A DNA stretch of 64,000 bases from Veleropilina oligotropha (Eukaryota): the NCBI GenBank assembly GCA_048128005.1, contig JBEUKZ010000036.1, forward strand, positions 1-64,000, in the 5' to 3' direction. Made by a program: the position numbers and the translations under genes. Positions 14,309 through 25,101 of this stretch are shown here, piece by piece. Numbering within the stretch: position 1 is the stretch's first letter; the number at the start of each line of letters is the position of its first letter. A model generated the notes under the pieces. That model searched no databases. It was not told the DNA's origin and saw only the letters and a program-made list of their open reading frames with translations.

Positions 14309-14784
14309 CCATCGTTGGAAATTTAGACAGACTTCCTGCAGACTTCCGGCTGGTTCGGTAGATGTCAATGGGCGTTCGTTCCAGCTCCCGGCCTCGACAG
14401 GACGTCTATGTTGTGTTGCTATTGTGTGTCATTGGCCTGGAGTCGTCGTATTGTGACGCGATCTGACGTTCAGAGCACTGGTGAATGAGATGACATCTTC
14501 CTGTATGAAAATGTCTCGGTATCTTACACTCGTCAAATTGCCATTAATTATGATCAGGGAGGTTCTTATACGAGCATAGATCCCGACCTACACCGTGGCC
14601 CACTCCCACTCCAGAGGTGGCATTGTACCACACACCAGACAAGGAATATATTCCCAGTGCGTCGTTAGGCACTCTTGACAGACGGTAGTGCTATCCCAGT
14701 GAAGCCTCCATTCGCCTGAAGATGACCCAAGACCACTTCCTCTGGTTGTACCGTAAGATCCGACGATAGTTTCCTAATCTTGGT

Positions 14785-14872
14785 ATATATATATATGTAT
14801 GTATGTATGAATGCATGCATGCATGTATGCATGCATACATACATACATACATACATACATACATACATACAT

Positions 14873-14937
<65 letters not shown>
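14785..14937. repeat. (TATG)n/(CATA)n/(AT)n compound microsatellite
   Basis: Directly visible. Confidence 0.95.
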
Positions 14938-14940
<3 letters not shown>

Positions 14941-16594
14941 GGTGGCCAATAAAAAACTTAACGAAATTTAAAGGTTAATAACTTTGCAATGAACCACTAT
15001 ATTGTTATGAAACGTGACACAAGTAAAAAATATAATGTTTTTAATATATTCTGAAAGTTTCAAGTCTCTATATCACATACTTTTTCTGTAGTCGGATAAA
15101 TATAAACAAACATCAAAAACTGCAAGGGTAAGGTCCAAAAAGTTGCCTAGTTATCTTATATTTACTGAAAGAAGTGATCAATATGGCCTCCAGCTGCTTC
15201 AAAAACTGCTCTGAGTCTTTTTTCCAACTTGATATCGTACTTCTAACCTCTCTAAGAGATATTTTGTCCCAGCATTTCTTCAGCCTCTTTTTAGTTCACA
15301 TTCATTAAACACATCTGTACGTCCTTCGTACACTTTCTCTGACAGGCTATTCCAAATGGAATAGTCCATTAAGGTCTGACTTTGGGGTGGCCACTCGTCT
15401 TTTTTATGAACTCATCCACCGACTGATCCAAGAAGGCTTGCGTATACCTACTTGTGTGCGAAGTTACCCCATCCTGTTGGAAAACAAAACTTCCATCAGG
15501 ATACAGCCAACGGCAATCAGCCAAGAGTCCCCTTTCCAATAGTTTTTGATTAGCCTCAGAGTTATCTTTCACGTTTTTGGTATCAATAAAGTGAAGCTTC
15601 GTTTTCCCATTCCACGATACCCCTGCAGAAACCATTATTTTCTTGGTAAACCTTGATGTTTCGTGGTACAGTCTTGTGGTGGATATATCCCCTTTCTTCC
15701 TTCCGTACACCCTATCGTTTTGACGGTTACGCGCCACCTCATACGTGAAGTCTTTCTCGTCCGTAAAGACAAGTCTTTTCGCATCTTGTTTGGAATACCT
15801 GCTGTATAACTTTTTTGAACGGATCTTCCTTTTTTGTTTGACTGTTTTATCCTGCCGTGAAACTTTTAAGCGTTTGCAAGATTTTAATTCCAATTCTTTA
15901 GTAATGTTCTGAACTGATGAGCGTGAAATTCCCAGATCTTTGGCAATTTTCCGCTGTGACTTGTCCCTGGCTTGTCCTCCTGCGACACAATTGCTTCTTC
16001 CACGTAAACCTTATTTGTTTCAGTATTTGCGGTTCTTGGCCTTCTACTACCTTGTTTTCTACTGGTAGAACCAGAAGTCCTTATTATCTCAATAAGGAGG
16101 CTGACTGTTCGCACATTCCACTTTTTATCAGAGAATTCCCTTATAATTCTCGCACCACACCAGCCCTTTTCCCTGAAACATGCCTCAATAACTGCTTTAT
16201 CACTCTGATTAAATACCATGTTATAATAATATAGCCAAGATAGCAAACATCAAGCTCACAGCCTATTCGGAACAAGACTGAAATTTTTAACAACACATAC
16301 ATGCCAGACAGATAAAATACATGCTATTGGCAATTGATTGAAGGCTGCCTTCCATAACACCGCACGTGTATCTTGTCAGTGTCACAAATGACAACTATTG
16401 TCTGCCATTGCTGTTTATGACTTTTGTTTTTAATTATCCGACTGCAGAAACAATATGTGACATACAGACTTGAAACTTTCATCAAATATTAAAAACATCA
16501 TATATAGAGTTGTGTGAAGTTTCATAACAACATAGTGGTTAGTTGCAAAGTTATTAACCTTTAAAGTTCGGGAAGTTTTGTATTGGCCACCCGA
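14938..16594 (-). mobile_element. Tc1/mariner DNA transposon, DD37D (maT)-like, decayed
   Basis: Imperfect ~170-bp TIRs starting TCGGGTGGCCAATA / ending TATTGGCCACCCGA, with TA flanks. Contains frameshifted transposase. Confidence 0.9.
15200..16246 (-). pseudogene. Frameshifted Tc1/mariner transposase
   Basis: HTH region with GSRRPRT, then VFTDEKDF (D1), FQQDG (D2) and WPPQS..MDYSIW (D3) across several frames. Reconstructed D2-D3 spacing is ~37. Confidence 0.85.
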
Positions 16595-16884
16595 TATATA
16601 TGGTGACCTCGCGTGTTGTGCATGAATACTTTAGCCTGTCAATCTTCATGTTTCAACTTTGGTAGCATTTCCGAAGATGGACGAGTTTGATATGTTATCT
16701 TGTTGATGTGACGCCACAAGCGGTCATTCAAGCCAACGCCAGACATTTGTTGAAAACGAATCCATAAAACTGTATAATGTTTGATAACCAATCAAAAGCG
16801 GCTCCTCAAATCATGTCCTTATTCTGATTTCCAAAGCAGCGACGCCGGTTTTTTTCCTGAAAGGTTGCCACTCAATTAAAGGTC

Positions 16885-17071
16885 AGCAGCAGGGGGGGTG
16901 ACCATACCTTTTAGAATGGAAAAATAAAGCTCCCAGCACTATTTCAGAACTGATAGGGTTGTACTGGGGGGAACTAGGGGGTGTAGACTAGGGGCGGGGC
17001 GGCCGCCGTGGAGGCTCCCAGCACCCTTTCAGACCCCAGGGTATAGCGTGTATTACAAAAAGTTACCGTGT
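16885..17071 (+). repeat. Left TIR of the Polinton-like element
   Basis: Exact reverse complement of 31801-31987 by eye; extends ~9 bp further with 2 mismatches. Confidence 0.95.
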
Positions 17072-17167
17072 ACACAGAGCCCGTAGGGACGGCCCGTTAC
17101 CCTCGCCGGCCCGGGCTCGCTTTTAGACATACCCATATCACAGGATATACCCACTGCAAAGGATACG

Positions 17168-17455
17168 ATGTGGGGAACGGACACCTGTCAATGGCTCACC
17201 ATCAGCTCCACGGAGTTATGCGGTAAGAGATGTCTGAGAAAGTTTTGCAAAGTCCACCTGGCTCGGCAACGGCGAAATGGCCGGGGCACAAAACCCTGCA
17301 GCAAATGCGGGAAGGGCGTTTTCAACCGGTTTACGCTGTGTCAGGGCTGTGGGTATCACAATGAGAACGTTAAGGACTGTCAACGAAAGAGCAGGGCCTT
17401 CGAGAGAGAGTTTCTCCGCATGGCTGCAATATACCTCACCCAAATTTCCTATTAG
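17168..17455 (+). CDS. Small Cys-rich putative Zn-finger protein (95 aa)
   Basis: C..CGKRC..FCKVH followed by CSKC and CQGC; basic. First ORF inside the TIR. Confidence 0.55.
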   Translation: MWGTDTCQWLTISSTELCGKRCLRKFCKVHLARQRRNGRGTKPCSKCGKGVFNRFTLCQGCGYHNENVKDCQRKSRAFEREFLRMAAIYLTQISY

Positions 17456-17491
17456 AGAGGCGCTGTCCATAGTGTATACCCACCCAGCAAC

Positions 17492-20400
17492 ATGGATGAA
17501 CTGCGGAATTTAGCGAAAGCTTATGGGATTCCCGCTCGGTCGAAGCTCAAGAAGAACGACCTCATCAGGGAAATAGCCGGGGTCCGTGCTGCGGAGTTTC
17601 GGAGGAGACTCGAGCGGGCGATGAAAACGGGAAGGTTCCCCTCCATACGTGGAGATGTGGAGAACCCCCACAAAAGAGGCCGACGTGCTCGCGAGTTGCG
17701 GCAGATTAAGGACGGGTCGACGCCGCCCTGCAGGCTCGTAAATACGAATCCCAGGCTGAGAAAACGCCCGGGATTCGACTGAAGCCACTTCGCGCCATCA
17801 CGGATCGAATCGTCAAGCGGTCTCGGAAAGAGACCCTTGCCCATGCTATTGCTCGGAAGGGGCCCGATCTTCTCATCTCCAAAACGCCCCGGACAGCCCA
17901 GGACTACCAGAAGGATCTTCTTGGGCAATTTACCACACCCGAGGGACAACGATTCATCGACCTGGATGACCAGGTCCCTCCCACAGTAAGGCTCCCAGCA
18001 AAAGAGCCATGGGTGGAACTCTTGAGCGACGCCAAAGACGAGTTTGAGGTCGATGGCGCCGCGGCGGCTTTCTCCACATGGAGGGTAGAAGTGGACATTA
18101 AGATCGCACCGGCCCTGGATGCCCGTATGACAGATGCAAGGGCGGCACAGCTCCTCACAGCCCTTCCAAAGGGCGAGTATGTCCTTAGAATAAAGTTCTT
18201 GCGTGAGTGGAGTGAGGGCGACTGGATGGTCGAAGACAAGTTTGACCCGGTGAAAGCTGCGAGAAAGAAGGGCCAGGGTGTCTTTGAGATCTCCCACGAC
18301 ACTAAGCCGGGTGCTATCACTGGGGTCGACAAAGTATATTACGAGAACGCCTACCCGGTCACTGCAGTCGTCTACGGCGTCTATCCTCTCAGAGAACCAA
18401 ACCCCGCCAATCTGGTTCCGATGAAGAACAGCGACCTCAACTGCGTTGCCCAAAGAGTGATTGAGCACTTTGAAGGTGCCCTGCGAGGAAACGGACTCAC
18501 CCCGACAAGACGGCAGAAAATACAGGAGTGGGAAGAGCGAGTTCATGTAACAGGCGCCACTGTGGATGATATATCCATCCTCGAGAGGATCCTCAAACGG
18601 GCGATCGTCTTGAGAGATATTGCCGGCGAGGACGTCTTCAACAGTGGAAAATACCAGGCCAGTATGTGGAAGTCCATAGAACTCATATGCCACAACGGCC
18701 ACGCATGGTCCAAGGAGCTGCACTTTCCGCAGTCTCGCGAGGTCCACCTGTATGAGGGCGATGTCTGGGAAGCGATCCGACAAGCCACACGGAACGAGCC
18801 ATTAGCTGTCTGGCTCCTTGGCGGTGGGGACCGACAGCTCAACGTGGACCAGTTCGTGCTGCAAGACGGCCGCACGTACAGGACGAAAGATGATCACGAG
18901 AGACTCCAAGAAGCCTGTACAGCGCTGGGGAACGAGTCTCTTGCCGATCGAGCCTTTGGCGAGAACCATGCAGCTAGCATTATGGCCAAGGAGACCAACG
19001 GCTGGAAACCGACCCCAGCGGGCCTGCTCGATGATATCCAGAAGGCCTGCGTAGAGCATGGCCACGGCGGTCTCTGGAATTCCATGGGCTATGACACGAG
19101 AGATATCTGCTGCATCGACATGAAAGCCTGCTACCCTGCCAGCTTTCTGGGGAAGGGCGAGGCTAAGCCCTATTTCGAAAGATTCGGACACCCACTCCAC
19201 AGCATGACCCGGGTCGCAATTAACGGTCCTCTTCCCGAAGATATCGGCACCGGGTTTGCTGAGGTCGTGGGGTGGGAGTTCGCACAAGACATCCACCCCG
19301 TCATTCCCGCCTGGTTCAGAAAGCACTTTGCAGAGAATGGATGGGCCCCGACGCCTCTGCTCACCTACCTCATAGACTCTGGACTGCTAAAAAGCCTCAA
19401 GATCCGAGAGGCCATCATCGCATTCAGAAAGCAGACCGATGTCTGGCTTCCTGAGAACCGTGACCAGGGCTGCAGCATTATCGGCAAGTTCACCCAAGGC
19501 GCCAAAGCAGACGGTAAACGATTGACTCGTAGACTGGTGATAGACCAGGGAGAGCTGGACTTCCTGGTAAGAGACACCCGCCAAAGCGGTACCCTGGTCG
19601 GCGCACCTCAAAGGTGCCCTATGGGTCACATCCTCACGTACTATGATGGCTCTCAGCCACAGTACGCCCACCTGAGGGCCTCGATGCTGGCCTATGCCCA
19701 CATAAACCTCTTGAGCATGCTTCAGCGTTTCAGTGCAGCAGAAGCCGTCCGGGTAGCCACTGACAGCATCTACCTCAAGAAGGCCTCGTTGGAGAAGCTC
19801 GACGATGTCACGGTGTACGTTGCCCCCCAACTCTGCGACTGTGGCGAGAAATCTTGCATCTCCTGTCTGATCGGGGAGACGTACCTTCCGCCAGTAGCAC
19901 CAGCCCAGTGGCGTGACAAGGGCGAACAGCTGTATATGCCACAGGAACATGCCGCATACCTGCCCAAGCCGGAGTACACGCAGTCCGAGAAGGACCTCCC
20001 GCCAAGCACCGCGCCATGCTACAGTGACACGCTGACCCACCATCGCCTGAGTTACCTCAACGGTGGAGGGGGCTGTGGCAAGACCACGAGAGCGATCGAG
20101 CTCTTTCGGGCGAGAAACCCCGTTGTGTTCACACCAACCCACCGCCTCGCTAAAGAGATGCGGACCAGGGGTGTCAAAGCCCAGACCTACCACAGCTTCT
20201 TCCGATGGAGCGGCCAGACTGACTGGACACCTGACCGCATGGGTCAGAAGTTCATCCCTCGCGTCATTATCTGGGACGAGGTCTGTACTGTTCCCCGGCA
20301 CATCCTCGAGATGTTCTTGGACTGGCTGGGCCAGCACGAAGTTCAGGTTATCTGCTGTGGCGATCAGGGCCAGCCACCACCGATTACGGGCGAGATGCCG

Positions 20401-21294
20401 CACGATTGGCTGCGAAAGACCGCGGACTACTATGAAGAGATCGAAGTAGACTACAGGGCGAAAGACGACCCTGCCCTCCAAGCCCTGAAAAGACGTATCC
20501 GTCTCCAGCCCGACAAAGTCCAGTGCGACGAGATGCGTAAGACCCTCCCCAGCTGCCTTGGATGGGATCGGTTCGTCAACACCTGGAGGCCAGGCGACCT
20601 AATCCTCACCAGCCGTCAGAAGGTCCGCGAACGGGCTCAACAGCTGTTGCTCCAGAGGCACAAGGAGCACTTCCCAGACTCCCCGGTACCTATCCTTTAC
20701 CACCCCAGGGACACCCGTAAGCAAAACATCATGGTAACGATTCCGGGCACCGACGAAAGAGAGGAGCTAGTTCTCAACGACGTCGTAGAGGTCACCATTG
20801 ACGCCGCTGAGAGGGCTATCCTGACCCCGGATTGGCGCCTGGGCTATGCTCTCACCATCCATTCGAGCCAGGGTCTTACGATTCACGACCCACAGAAAGT
20901 CTGGATCATCGACGACTACCTTCAGTGGAGTAATCTCGCCTACCTAGCCGTGTCCCGGGTGGAGCATCTGCATCAGCTCGAACGGGTAACCTGTCCTCCG
21001 GATGAGGGTGCTGAGGACAGGCCGCCCCAAACCAAGCAGCAGGTCCGAAAGACCATCCAGAAAAAGCTTGTGGCGTACAAACGCCAGGACCAGGCCAAGG
21101 GTCGCCCGGGGTTTAACCTGAAGGTCGATAACATCCTGCAGCTCAAAGACACCCAAAACAACCGCTGCGCGGCATGCAACATAGAGCTGTTCTGGGCCTA
21201 CCAGCCCAAAGACACAGCAGTTCAGTGTCGACCGTGTGGACAACAGCAGGGGCCACATCCGCGACAACGTGCGCTTAACGTGTCTGGAATGTAA
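17492..21294 (+). CDS. Replication protein: helix-extension-helix (Rho_N/SAP-like) N-terminus, divergent family-B DNA polymerase core, SF1 (RecD/Pif1-like) helicase, HNH-like Zn domain. Main ORF 18013-21294; frameshifts near 17710 and 21214
   Basis: Pol motif A CIDMKACYP, B SIIGKF, C VATDSIY. Helicase GGGGCGKTT, FTPTH, TYHSFF, IIWDEV, CGDQGQPPP, DYRAKD, YALTIHSSQGLT, AYLAVSRV. C-terminus CAAC..[shift]QFSVDRVDNSRGHIRDNVRLTCLECN. The reading frame is open upstream of 18013 back to 17710, abutting ORF 17492 (MDELRNLAKAYGIPARSKLKKNDLI). Confidence 0.8.
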
Positions 21295-22256
21295 CCGAGC
21301 AGTTCCTCATGAACGAAGCCACGCGGTGGTCCATCCAGCAAGTAGTAGAGCACAGGCTCGTCAGGCTTAGTGACGGAGCGTCCAAGCCTGTAAACTTTTA
21401 GAGACCACACCGGGTCAGTAGCACGGCGACGACCCCCCTCCAGCTCACCATCGTAGTAAAGGTAACGAACATCTACATCAGAGGGGAGTTTCAGTTCCTT
21501 CCCCTGTCGGCCTGGTACAGTGGAAGAGGGCTTTTGGGGAACGCGAGGTGCCTTAATGGCGTCCTTGGGCTTTTTACCGGTGAGGCGGGTCTCTTCCCCA
21601 TTCAAGGCCGCAACAACGGCGGGCAGCCGGGCGACCCACTCCGTTGACCTTTGACCCTCTTTCGCAGACTCTGCAAACCGCATCTCTTTTGCGTACTGGT
21701 GCCCGAAGAGCCGCTCAGCGAGCGTCCGGTTGAAGCGCTCCACAATGCCCTGATCGCGATGGATATCCACACGGCCACGCCTAACCTCAACGTTATTCTT
21801 TGCCAGCAGCTGGGAGACCGTACCCATAAACTCTCGCCCTGGATCAACCTGAAGCAATTTCGGCCAGCTAAGAGGACTCCGCCTGTAGATTCGAGACAGG
21901 GCTTCAGCAACTCCTTTGGCCTCTTTTGTGACCAGAGGCTCAGCCTCTTTGTAGCGACTGGCAACATCAACCACAGTCAAAGCATACTTGTACGTTTTAC
22001 GACCGACCTTGTCATGTGGGAGAAACAGGAGGTCGGCTTGGTGAACCTCGTTCGGCGTTACGACGTCGAATTTTGGTCTTGGAATCCGCCGTGGCGCAGG
22101 TAAATAGATCTGCCATATAGCCTGCCTCTTAAGCCATGTCTGGGCCTCCACTTCAGACGCCTTGGCAGCCTCAGCTAGTTTCTTTATCGCGGCAATGCCT
22201 TTCCAGTAGCCCTTAGGGCTGTAGTATATCCTCGCAAGCTTACTATCCATCAGCAA
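21222..22256 (-). CDS. Retroviral-like (rve) DDE integrase
   Basis: HQADLLFL (D), VVDVASRY, QVDPGREF (D), GIVERFNRTL (E), and C-terminal DPVWSLKVY..YYL. The native C-terminus appears lost after GFVHEELL (~21297). Confidence 0.93.
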   Translation of the reverse strand: MLMDSKLARIYYSPKGYWKGIAAIKKLAEAAKASEVEAQTWLKRQAIWQIYLPAPRRIPRPKFDVVTPNEVHQADLLFLPHDKVGRKTYKYALTVVDVASRYKEAEPLVTKEAKGVAEALSRIYRRSPLSWPKLLQVDPGREFMGTVSQLLAKNNVEVRRGRVDIHRDQGIVERFNRTLAERLFGHQYAKEMRFAESAKEGQRSTEWVARLPAVVAALNGEETRLTGKKPKDAIKAPRVPQKPSSTVPGRQGKELKLPSDVDVRYLYYDGELEGGRRRATDPVWSLKVYRLGRSVTKPDEPVLYYLLDGPPRGFVHEELLGYIPDTLSARCRGCGPCCCPHGRH

Positions 22257-22515
22257 TGTATTCCAGTAAACTGATCAGTCTCCAACAGGCTTCAGCTTCC
22301 GGAGCCGGTCGCTGCGCAGTCGTCGCCCGTAGGTTGGTCGGGCCCGAGGGCACCATGACAGCGAACCGCACCATAGTCTTTTCGTCGCGGCGCCAGCAGT
22401 CGAGTGACGTAGTACCAAGGCCCACCCCGCTGACCGCAAGCATGGCGCAGTACAGCTCTTCTGGGAGCCCCATTATTATACATGCCCACGACAAAAATGT
22501 TCACTATAGAAATAA

Positions 22516-22971
22516 TTAGGCGAGCTTGTAGGCTACCAACCCGGTCGCAGCCATCCCGAGGATGATGAAGGTGATCTCACGTCCCTTTTGGTCATCGCTC
22601 GGCGTGTAGTAGTCGGACAGCTGGGGCTCAGGGCCACCTCCCATGGCGGTGGGGTCAAGGTTCTTGCCGGTGATCAATGCATACTCACGGATAGCGGCGT
22701 CAACATCCCGGAATGTGCCAACAGCGTGACCCTGGCGGCGAAGTTCAACGTTCAGCCAGTCGAGACGCTCTGCCCTCTTTTGGGACCATTTAGTCTGAGC
22801 GGCGTTGAGCTGCTCTACAGCTATGTCGTGACGTTTACGCTCCGCATCAACACCGGAGCTGCGTAGCTTCGAGAAGAGGAAGTTGGAGCCGCTGAAGGCG
22901 AGGGCGTTGACGAGAGCGCCCCCAACCAGCATCGCAATGGAAGCCATTGAAATGCTGCGATTATCTAGCAA
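22516..22971 (-). CDS. Putative viral membrane/structural protein (likely start MASIAM at 22947)
   Basis: N-terminal hydrophobic GGALVNALAFSG segment, coiled region, and C-terminal TM (ITFIILGMAATGLVAYKL). Tightly packed with its neighbours. Confidence 0.65.
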   Translation of the reverse strand: MLDNRSISMASIAMLVGGALVNALAFSGSNFLFSKLRSSGVDAERKRHDIAVEQLNAAQTKWSQKRAERLDWLNVELRRQGHAVGTFRDVDAAIREYALITGKNLDPTAMGGGPEPQLSDYYTPSDDQKGREITFIILGMAATGLVAYKLA

Positions 22972-22978
22972 GGTCCCA

Positions 22979-23218
22979 CTACTTCAAAACGTCGGCCGGA
23001 ATGATGCCTTGCTTGATCAGCATGTCCTTCGTCGCCATGGCGAGCGCTACGTCGAGGACGACCATCCCGACGTCGTAACCCGTGAAGTCAAGTTTGGGGC
23101 TCGCTCCCTTGAAGGCCTTTTTTCCCAGGCGTGCGTAGCCTATGGCAAGGCCTGACACTATAGCTGCGTGATATACAGCATTGCCGAGCATCTTTCCATC
23201 AGTAATCGGGGTAGTCAT
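22979..23218 (-). CDS. Small hydrophobic viral protein (79 aa)
   Basis: ATG start, two hydrophobic segments, 7-14 bp gaps to the flanking ORFs. Confidence 0.6.
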   Translation of the reverse strand: MTTPITDGKMLGNAVYHAAIVSGLAIGYARLGKKAFKGASPKLDFTGYDVGMVVLDVALAMATKDMLIKQGIIPADVLK

Positions 23219-23232
23219 GTTTCGTACTGAGA

Positions 23233-23796
23233 CTATCGCATATGGAACGGGTTGTGCCTAGTCTTCAATTCGGTGGTGGTTGGGGTGGGCGGGGGCTGCC
23301 TGGCGTCCGCGACTGGTGGCTGTTGATGTGGTGTGGATGGACCAGGGTTGCTGCGTCTCCAGACAACAAATACCAATGCAACCGTACCGGCAGCAACGGC
23401 TACCTGGGTCCAATTAAATTTTGGGTCCGATTTCCGTGTAGCTGACTTTTCGACCGCGGTCACCTCGGCCGCGGGGGTATTACCACTGTGTTTTTGTTGT
23501 TGGGGCTGTGCCTCCGGTAGGTCTGAAGGAACTTCGCTGACGGATACTTGTCGAGCGTCTTCTTTGAGTCTTCTAACGTCAGCAAGGAGCCTCTCCTGCT
23601 TGACTTTCCGAGCAGCAGCACCGGCCCGACCCGCAGCCACCTTCTTAGGGTCCTTTTTACTCACTGATGAGTCTGTCGAAGAAGTCACCCTCTCTATCGG
23701 TGGGCTCTCGATCGGCTGGCTCTCGATCATTTGGTCCACTTCCGGCGTTGTCATCTCGCTCTCGCTCTGATATTTTAGGCGGGCAAACATGTCCAA
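23233..23796 (-). CDS. Hypothetical viral protein with basic KKDPKKVAAGRAGAAARK motif and a single TM
   Basis: ORF in the co-oriented cassette. TM is VAVAAGTVALVFVVW, followed by a Pro-rich tail. Confidence 0.6.
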   Translation of the reverse strand: MDMFARLKYQSESEMTTPEVDQMIESQPIESPPIERVTSSTDSSVSKKDPKKVAAGRAGAAARKVKQERLLADVRRLKEDARQVSVSEVPSDLPEAQPQQQKHSGNTPAAEVTAVEKSATRKSDPKFNWTQVAVAAGTVALVFVVWRRSNPGPSTPHQQPPVADARQPPPTPTTTELKTRHNPFHMR

Positions 23797-24418
23797 ATTG
23801 GCAGTGCTTCGCAGTGGTCAACACGGCGGTCAGCGGCGCTAGCCACATGCCATACTTATAATACAGCTCACAGCTTGCACCGCGGAGAGCATGGGTGATG
23901 AAAGGATCGGCCTCGAGGTCAGCGACCAGACATGGTTGGTTCTCCGGCGGAATGGGCAAGAACATCCCAGCTGCACCCGCATACAGCTGTATAGCGGCAG
24001 TCCCCAGGGTCTTCATCATGTCAGCACCTAGCTTCGCTTCATACCGTGCGTGGTGTTTCTCAACCTCGTCGTCAGTCATATCGTCGATTCGGTCAACCGT
24101 GAGGTTTCTCCCCAAGTATTTGCTGGCATCCCCTCCGATGGCTAACGCGGCAAGCCTCTCCCGTTTCTTTGCCATCCCTATGGAGCCACTGACAGGTTCC
24201 TCGTGCTGCGAGCAGCGTTTGGTCATCGAGCCATGGCCGCCCACGGTCGTTTCTTCCTCGTCGTCCATGAGTTGATCGATAAGGCTGTCCATCCTTAAGC
24301 GTTCCCAACATCTCCTCACCAGTCTAATATAGCGACAATGCCAATACCACAACGTTACGAGTAGCAACAATACCAGGCTCTGGCTGCAAGCAACAGCTAG
24401 ATATACAGCGTCCGACAT
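23657..24418 (-). CDS. Hypothetical viral protein (253 aa; alternative start 24292)
   Basis: Long ORF between the ATPase and the small membrane genes; helical, with a possible N-terminal TM. Confidence 0.6.
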   Translation of the reverse strand: MSDAVYLAVACSQSLVLLLLVTLWYWHCRYIRLVRRCWERLRMDSLIDQLMDDEEETTVGGHGSMTKRCSQHEEPVSGSIGMAKKRERLAALAIGGDASKYLGRNLTVDRIDDMTDDEVEKHHARYEAKLGADMMKTLGTAAIQLYAGAAGMFLPIPPENQPCLVADLEADPFITHALRGASCELYYKYGMWLAPLTAVLTTAKHCQFGHVCPPKISERERDDNAGSGPNDREPADREPTDREGDFFDRLISE

Positions 24419-24459
24419 GCTAGGAGATGCTGGGCAGATGCTCAGTAGACTACAGCTTG

Positions 24460-25101
24460 CTAAAGCACACTATAAGCAACGGGCTGATCAGTTTTCAACA
24501 GAAGCTTAGCGTGTCGGGTCTCGGCCAACAGCCGGCGCACCGCGGTCCGTTCATCCTGTGACTGAATGACATCGTTCTCGCGAAGGCAGTCTTCATAACT
24601 GTCGCGGTCCTTGCAGTGAAACAAAACGACAAAGCGGGTCTGCTCCCGAAACTCCTTCAGGATCGAGTTGTACTTCTGCGTCACCACCCACACACTCTGA
24701 GCGGCGTGCCTCCCGCTAAAAGCCAGCTCAGTCAGCATATCCCTCCTCTTGGCTAGGGCCTTGCTGGCGGCGCAGTCGTCGATGATGTATAGGGTTGATT
24801 CTCCCTGGAACAGTCGGTAGAACCCCCGCAACCAATCATGGAGCCGCTCACCGGGGGGGATCAAGTACACCTCAGGGTCGGTCCAGATCCATGGGCATGA
24901 CTGGTATGCCTGATTGAACTTGATCGTTGGGCATAGAATGACGATGTGCTTGAACACTCCTAAGTACTCCCCCTCCAGAAGTTCAAGTATAAACAAGGTC
25001 TTCCCGCAGCCGGTCTGGCCACAGATGATCGCGGAGTGGGGGTCCTTGGGGTGGGGGAACTGCCTACTAGTACAGCGCTGTGACAAATCGGCCATTTTCA
25101 A
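24460..25101 (-). CDS. A32/FtsK-HerA family genome-packaging ATPase
   Basis: Walker A IICGQTGCGKT, Walker B YIIDD, Arg-finger SGRH and VVTQKY. Confidence 0.9.
   Translation of the reverse strand: MKMADLSQRCTSRQFPHPKDPHSAIICGQTGCGKTLFILELLEGEYLGVFKHIVILCPTIKFNQAYQSCPWIWTDPEVYLIPPGERLHDWLRGFYRLFQGESTLYIIDDCAASKALAKRRDMLTELAFSGRHAAQSVWVVTQKYNSILKEFREQTRFVVLFHCKDRDSYEDCLRENDVIQSQDERTAVRRLLAETRHAKLLLKTDQPVAYSVL

Noticed and set aside
15910..15932. CTGATGAGCGTGAAA hammerhead-like core
   Set aside because: Lies antisense within transposase coding sequence, and I could not find flanking stems I/III.
17521..20481. Long antisense ORFs (420 aa, 364 aa and others) opposite the replicase
   Set aside because: Shadow ORFs of a GC-rich coding strand; no motifs.
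22243..22519. Small ORFs between the integrase and the 151-aa gene
   Set aside because: Three overlapping candidates on both strands with no motif; cannot choose one.
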